A stretch of 64,000 bases of DNA from Microcoleus sp. (GCA_042408215.1 JAYFMW010000014.1:1-64000), one strand, 5' to 3'. Positions 21,472-32,289 are shown, numbered from the stretch's first letter. Numbers and translations are program-made. Notes: a model not told the origin generated them from the sequence alone.

Positions 21472-22578
21472 TTACCGTCCAACATTTTCTGGCGACTTTG
21501 GTGCGATGACTTCGATTTCCACCGGAGCAACGCCGCTGCTCATCATTCCGAGCACGCTGGCGGCGCCTAAGGACAAGTCAATTAGCCGATCGCCCACGTA
21601 GGGGCCGCGGTCATTGATGCGGACGACGACCGATCGGCCGTTATCTAAATTTCTCACCAATACTAGAGTTCCGAAAGGCAAGAAGCGGTGGGCTGCTGTC
21701 AAAGCATATTGGTTAAACGGTTCGCCACTGGCGCTGAGGTTGCCGTCAAAGCCGGGGCCGTACCAGGAAGCCCAGCCACTGATCCGCACTTGCATCGGGC
21801 CAAAAGAGAGCGCAGGCGGTTCTGCTTGTGGCTGACCTGCGACTGCTTCCAGGGGTGGGGCGTTGCCCAGGAGTCGGCGCAGCCGATTGGTTACTTGCAG
21901 GGCGTCTAGGCGGTCGTCGCTGGTGGTGTCGGGGAGAATTGTTTTGGCGTTGATGTCTACCAAGTCCTCGCCGTTGGCCTGGATCATGTAGCGATCGCCT
22001 GTTTCCCACTTGACGGTAATCCTGTTTGGGTCAACGTTGTTGCGCGCCAACTGATTGAGTCTTGCTGCTAAGCTTGATGCCCGCCACACTGGGTCGGTTT
22101 CTTGGTCGCGGTCATAGCTGGACTTTTTCCGGTCTGAGGGATTTTCTCCCTCGCCAGCTATTTTCAACTCACTGCTGGCTTTTGATGCGTTGGCATCAGT
22201 TTTTCCTTCTTGAGTGTTTGTTGACCGACTCCCGTCTAGAAACGTGATCACTGGAATGTTCCGCACGTAGACTGTCGCTGCTTGTCGCCCTTCCCATGCG
22301 TGGGACTGAATTTTGGCGATCGAGTCGGATTCAATGTCAGCCCTTGCTTGGTACTGATATTGTCCGACTTTTTGTGCTTCGACCCTAGTCGCGTTTAACT
22401 GCGGGGACGTTTGACTGGAAACTACTTGCTTTTTGCCCTGATAGTTTTGTCCGGCGGCAGCAGTGGCTTCTGCGTGACAAGATGATGCCGTTCCTACCAC
22501 AGGAACTAAGAGGACAGCTAGTAGACCACCAACAAATTTTTCCTTCATATGTCCATTTTTGTGAAGAGCCATTGCCAA
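21472..22578 (-). CDS. rlpA: Septal ring lytic transglycosylase RlpA family protein
   Basis: GWASWYGPGF, TAAHR and RINDRGP. Confidence 0.9.
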   Translation of the reverse strand: MAMALHKNGHMKEKFVGGLLAVLLVPVVGTASSCHAEATAAAGQNYQGKKQVVSSQTSPQLNATRVEAQKVGQYQYQARADIESDSIAKIQSHAWEGRQAATVYVRNIPVITFLDGSRSTNTQEGKTDANASKASSELKIAGEGENPSDRKKSSYDRDQETDPVWRASSLAARLNQLARNNVDPNRITVKWETGDRYMIQANGEDLVDINAKTILPDTTSDDRLDALQVTNRLRRLLGNAPPLEAVAGQPQAEPPALSFGPMQVRISGWASWYGPGFDGNLSASGEPFNQYALTAAHRFLPFGTLVLVRNLDNGRSVVVRINDRGPYVGDRLIDLSLGAASVLGMMSSGVAPVEIEVIAPKSPENVGR

Positions 22579-23047
22579 CCGAGGTTAGGGGATTGGCCAG
22601 CTTGGTGATCTGCAAAAGTGAGAATTTTCACCTCTGCCCTTCGCTATTCCCCTTCGAGTCGAAACAAACAGTCCGGGTGCATTTTTGCTGTAATGCTTCA
22701 GCAAATAAAAACCTTGCGTGAAACTTCCCTGACACTTGACAACTCATACTCGATCGGCAATTTGTGTTTTGTTAACGAACTGCCACAGACTACCATAAAC
22801 TTTTGAGCTTGGGGATCGGTAAGACCACGGAATTTGCCAAAAATCCATCGCATCTTCACAGTTCTCGCTCTCAGAAAATGCTGTAATGGCAGTGCTTGCA
22901 GAGTTTTTAGTAAGGGCAAAAATTTTACAAAACTTCACAAAACTTTACAAAAACAGAGAGTATTTTGCGATCAAATCTCAAATCTCAAATCTCAAATCGC
23001 TAGACTTGGCAATAAACTAAACACTAGAAATCGACGCAGGCGGATTT

Positions 23048-24070
23048 ATGGACTATCGAACAGCAGGTGTGGATGTTGAGGCGGGCAGAGCTTTTGTCGA
23101 TCGCATCGGCAGTATGGTCAAAAGCACCCATCGATCGGGTGTTTTAGGCGGATTCGGCGGGTTTAGTGGCTTTTTTAGCGTCCCAGAGGGTTTAAAAGAG
23201 CCGATTATGGTTTCGGGCACTGATGGGGTTGGCACTAAGTTGAAATTGGCCCACGAGCTCGATCGCCACGATACGGTAGGTATCGACTTGGTGGCGATGT
23301 GCGTTAACGATGTGCTCACATCCGGGGCGGAACCGCTATTTTTTCTCGATTATTTGGCGACGGGAAAGTTAAATCCTGAACAATTAGCTGCTGTGGTTGC
23401 TGGCATCGTTGATGGTTGCAAGCAAGCTGGCTGTGCTTTGTTGGGCGGGGAAACAGCCGAGATGCCCGGTTTTTACCAGTCGGGAGAGTACGATTTGGCT
23501 GGGTTTTGTGTGGGTATTGTCGAAAAGAGCAAATTGTTGGACGGTTCGCGGGTTAAAGTCGGAGATGTGGCGATCGGCCTGGCTAGTTCGGGGGTCCACA
23601 GCAACGGTTTTAGTTTGGTCAGAAAAATTGCGGGCGATTTGGGTTTTGACTGGCATTCCCAACCGGAAAAGTTAGGCGGCAAAAGTTTAGGAGAAGTCCT
23701 ATTAACTCCCACTACAATTTATGTGCAGCCAGTCCTCGCAGCAATTAAGAGTGGTTTGGATATTCACGGCATGGCCCACATTACTGGCGGCGGTTTGCCG
23801 GAGAATTTGCCTCGCTGTTTAGCAGCCAATCAATCTGTGAAAATTGATCCTCATAGTTGGCCAAAGTTGCCGATTTTTGAGTGGATTGCTGAGACTGGCG
23901 ATGTGGCTACCGCAGATATGTTCCATACTTTTAATATGGGCATTGGTTTTGTCCTGTTGGTCGATCGCACCGCAGTCGATCGCACAATTCAATGGTTTCA
24001 ATCTCAGGATATTCCTGCTTTTGAAATTGGCGCAGTAATTGACGGTAAAGGAGAATTACTGATGGGGTAG
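23048..24070 (+). CDS. purM: Phosphoribosylformylglycinamidine cyclo-ligase
   Basis: [23 protein letters not shown] and FNMGIG. Confidence 0.97.
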   Translation: MDYRTAGVDVEAGRAFVDRIGSMVKSTHRSGVLGGFGGFSGFFSVPEGLKEPIMVSGTDGVGTKLKLAHELDRHDTVGIDLVAMCVNDVLTSGAEPLFFLDYLATGKLNPEQLAAVVAGIVDGCKQAGCALLGGETAEMPGFYQSGEYDLAGFCVGIVEKSKLLDGSRVKVGDVAIGLASSGVHSNGFSLVRKIAGDLGFDWHSQPEKLGGKSLGEVLLTPTTIYVQPVLAAIKSGLDIHGMAHITGGGLPENLPRCLAANQSVKIDPHSWPKLPIFEWIAETGDVATADMFHTFNMGIGFVLLVDRTAVDRTIQWFQSQDIPAFEIGAVIDGKGELLMG

Positions 24071-24071
24071 A

Positions 24072-24938
24072 TTAATTTTAATTGATTGAATTTAAAAAAA
24101 ATCGCCGTTTTTTTTAGGGTAAAAGGCTTGACTTTCGCCGCTGAATCAATTACAATCTAATAATGGGAGTGGCGGCAATTTTAAAACTTTTGCCACCACT
24201 CCCATTATCTAAAATATACCACAAGAATCCCAGCAAAGTCAATAGGTAATCCCTCTTTTTTAAGGCGGAGCAGTTATAGATGTTGAAGGAATCAGGAATC
24301 AGGAATCAGCAATTCCGGGCAATGGTTTCAGCGATTAAGAACGTCCTCACCGCCGCTCAGGTTGCTATATTGACGGTAACGGACAATTAGTCATGGACTC
24401 ACTTAATTTTAATTGATTGAATTAAAAAAAATCGCCGTTTTTTTTAGGGTAAAAGGCTTGACTTTCGCCGCTCAATCAAGTACAATCTGATAATGGGAGT
24501 GGTGGCAATTTTAAAACTTTTGCCCGCACTCCCATTATCTAAAATATACCACAAGAATCCCAGCAAAGTCAATAGGTAATCCCTCTTTTTTAAGGCGGAG
24601 CAGTTATAGATGTTGAAGGAATCAGGAATCAGGAATCAGCAATTCCGGGCAATGGTTTCAGCGATTAAGAACGTCCTCACCGCCGCTCAGGTTGCTATAT
24701 TGACGGTAACGGACAATTAGTCATGAACTCACTTAATTTTAATTGATTGAATTAAAAAAAATCGCCGTTTTTTTTAGGGTTAAAGGCTTGACTTTCGCCG
24801 CTCAATCAAGTACAATCTAATAATGGGAGTGGTGGCAATTTTAAAACTTTTGCCTACACTCCCATTATCTAAAATATACCATGACAAGTCCAGCAAAGTC
24901 AATAGGTAATCCCTCTTTTTTAAGGCGAATTTTTTTTA
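24072..24938. repeat. 330-bp-period tandem repeat: three palindromic ~190-bp cores and two identical ~135-bp linkers
   Basis: ATGGGAGTG starts at 24163, 24493 and 24823. Confidence 0.9.
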
Positions 24939-25078
24939 ACAAGATTGTCAGAAAGGGCGATCGATATAATAAGTAAGTAGGGTGCGTCGCTCCCAGATTT
25001 TCGATGATAATTACAGATGGTTGATGGCGACGCACCCTACAGTATCTACAATCAAGATAACCTAAAGGAGGCAATACT

Positions 25079-25720
25079 ATGTTGACAAGCGATCTCAATG
25101 CTCTACTTGACCAACAAGCACTCCAACGCCAAGATCCCGAATGCCGCTATATTACCGATCGCGTTAACTGGGAGCAATATGAAACCTTACTCACCAGAAA
25201 TGGGGATACTTCGGCATATCGAGTCACGTATTTAGATGGAGTCTTAGAAATTATGTCACCTTCCCGTCGCCATGAAAACAGAAAAACGCGGATTGGAGAT
25301 CTTTTAGTCATTTACTTTTTAGAAGCAGATATCGACTATTTTCCCTTTGGTTCTACAACTCTGCGACGAGAGGAGAAAAGTGGCGGGACCGAACCCGATG
25401 AAGCTTACTGCATTGGTACAGACAAAGAATTTCCCGATTTGGCAATTGAGGTTGTTGTTACCAGTGGTGGCCTGAATAAACTGGAAGTTTACAGAAGGTT
25501 AAATGTTAAAGAGGTTTGGTTTTGGCAAAATGAACGTTTTAGCCTCTACTACCTCCGAGAAGAAATCCCAGTTCAATTTGTCCAAACCTGCGGTTATCAG
25601 CAAATCGATCGCAGCGAGATTCTCCCTAATTTAGATATAGAATTGCTGGCGGAATATGTCCGATATCCGAATTCGCTCGCAGCAGTTAAGGAATTTCGAC
25701 AACGACTGATTTCTGGTTAA
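25079..25720 (+). CDS. Uma2 family (PDDEXK) endonuclease
   Basis: LEIMSPS..HE, EPDE and PDLAIEV. Confidence 0.9.
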   Translation: MLTSDLNALLDQQALQRQDPECRYITDRVNWEQYETLLTRNGDTSAYRVTYLDGVLEIMSPSRRHENRKTRIGDLLVIYFLEADIDYFPFGSTTLRREEKSGGTEPDEAYCIGTDKEFPDLAIEVVVTSGGLNKLEVYRRLNVKEVWFWQNERFSLYYLREEIPVQFVQTCGYQQIDRSEILPNLDIELLAEYVRYPNSLAAVKEFRQRLISG

Positions 25721-25771
25721 AACCAGATTCGAAACCTGAAAATTGAATTTTAGCTAAAAGGAGATGAAATA

Positions 25772-26146
25772 ATGTTAGATTTGTATGATTTGCTAGGAAA
25801 AATTAAGCAAAGATCGTCTTTATACTTGGGAAAGCGATCGCTTAGTCATCTCCATGTTTTCTTAGATGGCTATACCTTTGCCCGCCGTCAACTTGGCATC
25901 CCTCTAACAGAACAAGAAATGAATTTTGAGGATTTTCAAGAATGGATAGAGAATCGATTTAACCAAGCAGATACTCAATCTTGGAGTCGGATTATTCTTT
26001 TTTATTCTGAGGATGAAGCAGATGCACTGAAGCGCTTTTTTGATTTATTTGAAGAATTATTCAATAGTGAACAGTTACCAAAAATTGATGAAACAAATAA
26101 TTCCGAAATGTCTGATGAGTTGAGTGTTGTAGGTGTAAATGGTTGA
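25772..26146 (+). CDS. Hypothetical protein
   Basis: 124-aa ORF with AGGAG SD, directly after Uma2. Confidence 0.75.
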   Translation: MLDLYDLLGKIKQRSSLYLGKRSLSHLHVFLDGYTFARRQLGIPLTEQEMNFEDFQEWIENRFNQADTQSWSRIILFYSEDEADALKRFFDLFEELFNSEQLPKIDETNNSEMSDELSVVGVNG

Positions 26147-26268
26147 GTCTCATATTGATAGGGATGGGAGATGGGCGATCGCACTTTGGGATTCGGCATG
26201 GGAAAAGCGATCGCACTTTTTGTTGTTTGAGGAAAAGGGCGATCGCACTTTCGGAAAAATGAAAAATG

Positions 26269-28257
26269 CTACATCTGAGCAACTTGTCTCATCAATTCAT
26301 TCAATTGCCCATCAATAGCATTTAATTGATCTGTGAGTGATGCTAACTCCCGAATCTTTTGGTCAACATTAGCTTGACCTTTTTGCTTTTCAGCCAGAAT
26401 AGACTTAACTTGAGTCCGAACACTTTGAATCTCGTTACCAAGTCCTCCATCTACACCGTCCTCAATTTCTTTAATCTTAGCTGCAACAGCATTAGCTACT
26501 TCATCGGGCTGGTTTGATGCTTGAAATTGAATTTTGTATTCTTTCCCTACTTGTTGTTTAACCTTATCGTTAATCCCGTTAACCTTAATGAAGGCTTGTA
26601 GTGAACCACTAGCAAATATTGCTGGAATTAATATCCAAGGGTTGAGTCCAACGAGCAAGTAAGTTACGCCAACGGTAGCAAGTTGAGGAATCAGACTTTT
26701 GAGCATTTCCTTGTAGCCAAATAACCCTCCTATCGCGGCAGAACCATAGTCCATCAATACAAAACCAGCAATCCCAGAAAGAATGCGATTAATCGGAGAA
26801 ATTTTAGTATCTTCTACCGGTACATCTAGTTTTGATACCTTAGTTCCAGAAATCTCAACACGCACTCGATCTAAATCGGAGAAAAAGTTGCCTGCTTTGT
26901 CTTCTAATTCCTTGAATAGATCATCCAATCGACTTCCTAAAAAGGGCTGTAACTCCTGACGTTGCCATTGGGTAAACTCTTTCTCTACTTTGCTGGAAAG
27001 ATATTGAGTCACCTCTTCAACAACTCTTTTAGCCGCCTTTTCCATGTTGACGATATCTTTTGAGAATAGTTTTACACCTTCTTGGATCGTATATTCCTTC
27101 ACCCAGCCATCGATTTTGTCACCGACTTGATTGAGAAGCTGGCGAGATTTTCCTCTAACTAGCTCTTTAATATCTTCACGGAAGTTCGATATCCGTCTCA
27201 CTATGCTTTCACGCTCCTTCTCCAATAGTCGCAGTGACTCCTGAGCATCAGCATAGCGTTTTTCCAAAGTTTGCAAATCAGTTCTCAGCATTGATTCTCG
27301 CTGAGGAATAATTTTTCGTGACTCCTCAATAGACATTCGGAAAACTTTTTCTGATCGGACAATTTTCACCCGCCCTCGTTCCTTAGCTAAAAATGTTGCT
27401 AGTGCTTGCTCGACAAGTTCTATACCAGAATTTTTAATTCGGTTCACATCCTGATCTAAATAACCTTCCAAAGCATCTACAGCCGTGATAAAAAAGATCC
27501 CCTGGGTTCCTTGTTTGGTTAGATTTCCAAACTGAGATAAGCCATGTTGTCTGACTCGCTCTTGCTCTTCTTTTTTCCGAATATCATTGAAGCGATTGCA
27601 GATAAAAAAGATATCCTCGTGACCGCAATTACTCAACAGTTCGATCATCTTCTGTTCAGAAATTGACGGGCCGAGTTGTTCGCAAGACAGAACAAAAAGC
27701 ACGGCATCGACTCTTGACAAGTAATCCACCGTGACTTGCTGGCGTACTTCGTTTTCATTCAACCCTGGAGAATCAATAATTTCTACACCATTGCGACAGA
27801 GTTCTAATGGCCAGAATAATTCTACCTTTTCATAAGGACTTTCTTCTCCTTCTTTTTTGCCAGAGTTTTTAATAACAACATATTCCTCAATTTTGTCCGC
27901 AGGTATTTCCTGGGGTGATCGCGGTGAACCAGAAGCAGACCTTTTGTAATATAGAATGGCTTTTGATTTATCACCCCATTTAACTTCATTAATAATTGCA
28001 GTAGTTGGAGTTGAATAGGCAGGTAACACTTCTTGTCGCAATAAAGCATTAATAAAAGTGCTTTTTCCCCGGTTGAACTCGCCTATCACAAGCACTTTGA
28101 AGTTATCTGTCAAGATCCGGTCTTGCAATTGGCGAATAGTAGATTCTGTTTCTTTCATATTTAGAGAATGCAACACTTCTATTTGCTGCTTCACTAAAAC
28201 AGCTAGGGCATTACGTTTTTGTTGAAATAACTGATATTGTCTATCGTTAGAGTTCAT
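26269..28257 (-). CDS. Bacterial dynamin-like GTPase
   Basis: G1 GEFNRGKST, G2 PTT, G3 DSPG, G4 NRFND, helical stalk and C-terminal hydrophobic paddle. Confidence 0.9.
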   Translation of the reverse strand: MNSNDRQYQLFQQKRNALAVLVKQQIEVLHSLNMKETESTIRQLQDRILTDNFKVLVIGEFNRGKSTFINALLRQEVLPAYSTPTTAIINEVKWGDKSKAILYYKRSASGSPRSPQEIPADKIEEYVVIKNSGKKEGEESPYEKVELFWPLELCRNGVEIIDSPGLNENEVRQQVTVDYLSRVDAVLFVLSCEQLGPSISEQKMIELLSNCGHEDIFFICNRFNDIRKKEEQERVRQHGLSQFGNLTKQGTQGIFFITAVDALEGYLDQDVNRIKNSGIELVEQALATFLAKERGRVKIVRSEKVFRMSIEESRKIIPQRESMLRTDLQTLEKRYADAQESLRLLEKERESIVRRISNFREDIKELVRGKSRQLLNQVGDKIDGWVKEYTIQEGVKLFSKDIVNMEKAAKRVVEEVTQYLSSKVEKEFTQWQRQELQPFLGSRLDDLFKELEDKAGNFFSDLDRVRVEISGTKVSKLDVPVEDTKISPINRILSGIAGFVLMDYGSAAIGGLFGYKEMLKSLIPQLATVGVTYLLVGLNPWILIPAIFASGSLQAFIKVNGINDKVKQQVGKEYKIQFQASNQPDEVANAVAAKIKEIEDGVDGGLGNEIQSVRTQVKSILAEKQKGQANVDQKIRELASLTDQLNAIDGQLNELMRQVAQM

Positions 28258-28434
28258 GGTAGTCTCCTTTTGACTATTAGATAAGGTTGAATTAGCGAGA
28301 TCAGAGAGTCAAGTAACTGATTTAAGAGTTTAATTTGAGTTGACTCTTATTTGCATTCGCCTTCGTTCGATCTCGGCTAAGTCAGATTGAATGGTTGCTT
28401 GCAATTGTGTTAATCGCTGCAATTCCATTTTTTG

Positions 28435-30264
28435 TTAGTTTAACATACCATCAACAACGGATTTGTAGTGAGTAATGTAAGCATTAATCCGCTGATTGAT
28501 AGCTGTTTTGATATGATCTGCATCTTTTTTGACTGTTGGTTGTACCTGTGTTTTAATTCCAGTAAAACAACTATATAACTTAGGCCGAATTTCATTCCAA
28601 ATCTTTTCCTTACGACCGTCAAGCAAGCCACGAAATGCACGAGAAAAAAAGCCTGACATCGCATTACCAAAATTTGAACTGTTGAGTTCTTGGGCAGAAG
28701 CAATAACTGAATAAGTGTTGATAGAAATACTACTACTTGAAAATACCGAATTAGTTTCAACACGCCCACCCAGTGCTTGCAAGCTCCGATACACTTCCGT
28801 AAATTTTTTATCAAAATATTGCCCTGCTTCTTGTGCAGATTGAAAAAGGTTACGGCATTCGCTTTGAATATTGTCACTCAGTAAGCTTTGTTGTTCTCGT
28901 AAAATTGTGGCGACTTTAGTATTAACAACGTATTTGAGTTCGTCCCAATCACTTGCACCAAAAACAGCATCTCGTACTTTAGAGATAGTTCGATCTCTAT
29001 AGCTTTCAATATAATCATTGATTTTATTTTCGGCTCGATTAATAGCTCTATCGATCATGCTGATACACTCTCTGTATTGCTGATTTTTAAACGATTCCAA
29101 GTCTTGTATAGTTTCTCTTTGAATTTGTGCTTCTTTTTCTCTATATTGATTCCATTGACCCTGTAAAGGGCTTTTAATTTGATTAAATAGCTGACCAAAT
29201 AAACCTTGGATATTTTCACTAATAATCGCCCTTCGTTCCGAGTGTAAACGCTCTATTATTTCAACTTGCATTTGCGTGAATTGCTCGATCCAAAAATCCG
29301 GGTTATTTACTCGATGCTGCTCCACTGCGACATCATCCATAATAACCTGAGCAGAACACCAATATAATTTAGCGGGGTTAATTTCTAGCTGATCTACCAA
29401 TCTCTCTCTCACATTGGCCAACATCCTATTATGTTCTCTCTGGCGAATTTGATCCATGCGACTAACAACAAATATACAGCGATGTAGATCAGGACGTATT
29501 GTCGCCATGATAAATTCGGCTAAACTATCAGTTAAAGGCTGTGTAGCAGGAATTATAATAATAGCAAGATCAGCTTCTTTTTCCACAACTTCTCGTGTAA
29601 CTTGTGCGTGTCTGATATTGGGAGCATTAGTACCTGGTAAGTCAATAATAACAATGTTATTTTGTAAAAAATTTGCGGGATGAGTAATCTCGATTTTTTC
29701 TACTTCTTTAGCAATTTCTTCTTCCGAGGTAACTTTGTTAATAAACTCCCTAATCTCCATACCACTAGCCACAATATCCTTAGATGTAACTATGTTTTCC
29801 AGATTAGCTGGCTTGTAAGAAAACATTGCTATTGATATAAAAGTCATTAAAAAAAGGAGAATAATTGTGAGTATAGCAGGTGGCTGAAATAGCAAAGTAA
29901 TAACTAACCAGGTTATAAAGCTGATCAAAATACTCCATCCAGTATTAGTTGTTTTGTTAATAATGCTTGGTACATTCGCAAAATGTACCTTGGCGTCAAT
30001 GTTTTTACCGTAGATCAATCTGGTAGCCGCCGCCGTTGTCACTAAGGCTGATGTTTTCAGCAAATTATCACGGATTAGTGCATTAACAAAGGTACTTTTA
30101 CCACTAGAAAATTCTCCAATCACTGCTAAGTAAAGATTAGGATCGTTTTGTCTTTGTTGAATGCGCTGGATTAGCTGGTGTAACTCACCTCTTTGGGATC
30201 GGGGAAGTTGCGATCGAGCGATTACATTTTCAGCAAATTGTATATGGTCATCATAATTATTCAT
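28435..30264 (-). CDS. Second dynamin-like GTPase, with TM hairpin in the G domain; frame continues past TAA to 28330
   Basis: GEFSSGKST, DLPG and SRMD motifs; probable start MNNYDD at 30264. Confidence 0.85.
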   Translation of the reverse strand: MNNYDDHIQFAENVIARSQLPRSQRGELHQLIQRIQQRQNDPNLYLAVIGEFSSGKSTFVNALIRDNLLKTSALVTTAAATRLIYGKNIDAKVHFANVPSIINKTTNTGWSILISFITWLVITLLFQPPAILTIILLFLMTFISIAMFSYKPANLENIVTSKDIVASGMEIREFINKVTSEEEIAKEVEKIEITHPANFLQNNIVIIDLPGTNAPNIRHAQVTREVVEKEADLAIIIIPATQPLTDSLAEFIMATIRPDLHRCIFVVSRMDQIRQREHNRMLANVRERLVDQLEINPAKLYWCSAQVIMDDVAVEQHRVNNPDFWIEQFTQMQVEIIERLHSERRAIISENIQGLFGQLFNQIKSPLQGQWNQYREKEAQIQRETIQDLESFKNQQYRECISMIDRAINRAENKINDYIESYRDRTISKVRDAVFGASDWDELKYVVNTKVATILREQQSLLSDNIQSECRNLFQSAQEAGQYFDKKFTEVYRSLQALGGRVETNSVFSSSSISINTYSVIASAQELNSSNFGNAMSGFFSRAFRGLLDGRKEKIWNEIRPKLYSCFTGIKTQVQPTVKKDADHIKTAINQRINAYITHYKSVVDGMLN

Positions 30265-30648
30265 ATTACTATCCGTTAAATTTTGGGTACAAAAAAGCGG
30301 TATTGCCCGATCGCACGCACGCACGCACCCCAAACAGATACCGCAATGCCTAAGCATCCAGTACCAACTCGGTTCCGCACCAAGCAACGTCTTCCTCCTA
30401 TATATGTATTCGGTTTTAATCCCGAATTTTTACGCAGAATTTGCCGTTTTGTTACAAAACTTTACACTAGCCCACCAACCGCTGCTGTATCTCCACCCTA
30501 AGCTCTTTACAAACACCGCTATTTTTTTAAATTAGAGCGATCGCCGCATTGGTTTCTGAAATGATAAACTAAGTATACTCAGATAGCAACTAGCCAAAGC
30601 TATAACTTTAGTTAGGCTCTAGCTATCAACTAAGCGAGACATACTGCG

Positions 30649-31161
30649 ATGACATCCAATGACGAGATGTTTGCCGAGGCTGCGAATAACTGGGACTTGG
30701 AAAGGCTCTACAAAGCTATGGCAGAAGCCAAATGGCAAGTATCTCCCCGTGCCAGAAAGGGACTTACAGAACGGGAAAAGCTGTTTCTCCGAGGTTTGCT
30801 CTGCGGCCACAGTCCTGCGGAAATAGCTAGCCAACTCCATCAAAGTCGTAAAGGTGTTGAGGTTTATGTATCTAAAACTTTATATCAATACTTTAAAAAA
30901 ATTACAGATGTACCTAATGAAAAGGTAAGCAACTGGAGAAATATTCACAACTCCCTAGAAGAAGCTGGATATAAAACTATGCCGTCTGTTAAATCTCACT
31001 CAAATAATTATTTACCCCAATCTCCATTAGTAAATATAGTTAATATAAGTTTAAACAATCAAAGTCATTCAATAACAATTGACATTCACCTCCAACTAAC
31101 ATTACCTTCGCTTTCAGAGGCAACAATGACAGAAGACATGGATGGAAAAGATCGCCCGTAA
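30649..31161 (+). CDS. HTH-domain protein, divergent from the dynamin operon
   Basis: LTEREKLFLRGLLCGHSPAEIASQL, an HTH like the N-termini of cyanobacterial NTPase proteins. Confidence 0.75.
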   Translation: MTSNDEMFAEAANNWDLERLYKAMAEAKWQVSPRARKGLTEREKLFLRGLLCGHSPAEIASQLHQSRKGVEVYVSKTLYQYFKKITDVPNEKVSNWRNIHNSLEEAGYKTMPSVKSHSNNYLPQSPLVNIVNISLNNQSHSITIDIHLQLTLPSLSEATMTEDMDGKDRP

Positions 31162-31361
31162 ACTAACTAATCTAACTCAAGTGCGATCGGCCTAATAAGA
31201 CTTACGATGGGGCCCAGAAACCGGGTTTTTTCCGAGATACTTCGTTGTTACCCGCAAATAAGGTAAAAAACCCGGTTTCTTTGTCGGAGTCCATAAGTCC
31301 TGTTATTGATGATTTTAGCCGATCGCCTACAATAGAATCAACACTCATATTCTCAAACACC

Positions 31362-31623
31362 ATGCAAATTGTTTTGCCTCCTGAAGTCGAAGCCCTCGTG
31401 CAGCGCTTTCCTCACCAGCGGCAAATACAACAGTGCGATCGACGTTATCCTTGCAGCCATTAAACTACTCGAACAACAGCAAGACATTTATCAAGGACGA
31501 CTGCAAGAACTCCAACGAGACGCACTCATTGGACATCTTGCATCCCAACGCGGTGAAGTCAAGGACGGTGCAACCGCAATGGCACAAATTCGAGCTGATT
31601 TGCGATCGCGCGATCGAGAGTAA
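31362..31623 (+). pseudogene. ParD-like ribbon-helix-helix antitoxin, frameshifted near 31405
   Basis: MQIVLPPEVEALVQR in one frame, LTSGKYNSAIDVILAAIKLLE...RGEV.DG in another; no ParE follows. Confidence 0.65.
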
Positions 31624-31629
31624 AACTGA

Positions 31630-31977
31630 CTAAAAAGGAATATACTCAACAGCATTCATCCATTCATCAGATTCCGAAGCTAAAGCAATCAGTTCCAAAT
31701 CCTTAACAAACTGTCCGATTGTACCGCCTAGCTGATGTCCAAATATCAAGCCAGAAAACTGTTTTTCCTGACGCTGCCAATCTTGAGCCATTGCCTTAAA
31801 AAGGATATCATGAGTAAACAATACTCTGCCTAACTGAGTGGCACGTTCCAAAAGTTCGTCATCCGGCAATTCTGTCGCATCATCTTCCATCGCAGTCAAA
31901 ACATCCACACCACGACGACGCAACTGCTCGGTAATTGCTTGCGGAATATGAACGTCCATGTATAGAGAAATTGCCAC
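31630..31977 (-). CDS. DUF5615 PIN-like toxin
   Basis: LYMDVHIP, D.ELLERA and VLFTHD. Confidence 0.85.
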   Translation of the reverse strand: MAISLYMDVHIPQAITEQLRRRGVDVLTAMEDDATELPDDELLERATQLGRVLFTHDILFKAMAQDWQRQEKQFSGLIFGHQLGGTIGQFVKDLELIALASESDEWMNAVEYIPF

Positions 31978-32289
31978 TTACAACAACCCCTTAGCTCGCA
32001 TTTTCACGAAAAATGGTGAAGGCGAAAGCAGAGATTTTTCCTGTTGTACCTGCTCCCATTCTGCACGAATCTCCTGCTCAATTTCAGCTTGAAAGTCGAA
32101 GTAATAAGCCATCGCTGCATGAGCCTCCGACTGCATCAAATAAGGATGCTGGCGGCACATTTCTTCCACTGACCAACCATAAGCTAGATAATCCATCACA
32201 ATCTGAGCAACCCGCACGCGGGGTATCCGCTGCAACCGTGCGGGTTGACCCGCTACTTTCTCGATATGAGGATAAATTATTGATAGCAT
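31978..32289 (-). CDS. DUF433 antitoxin-like protein
   Basis: RVRVAQIV...EAHAAMAYY; abuts the PIN gene. Confidence 0.85.
   Translation of the reverse strand: MLSIIYPHIEKVAGQPARLQRIPRVRVAQIVMDYLAYGWSVEEMCRQHPYLMQSEAHAAMAYYFDFQAEIEQEIRAEWEQVQQEKSLLSPSPFFVKMRAKGLL

Noticed and set aside
24072..24938. CRISPR or tRNA array
   Set aside because: 330-bp period, identical linkers and no cloverleaf.
30265..30387. Cys-rich N-terminal extension of the dynamin ORF
   Set aside because: Probably upstream non-coding sequence; MNNYDD at 30264 is the more plausible start.
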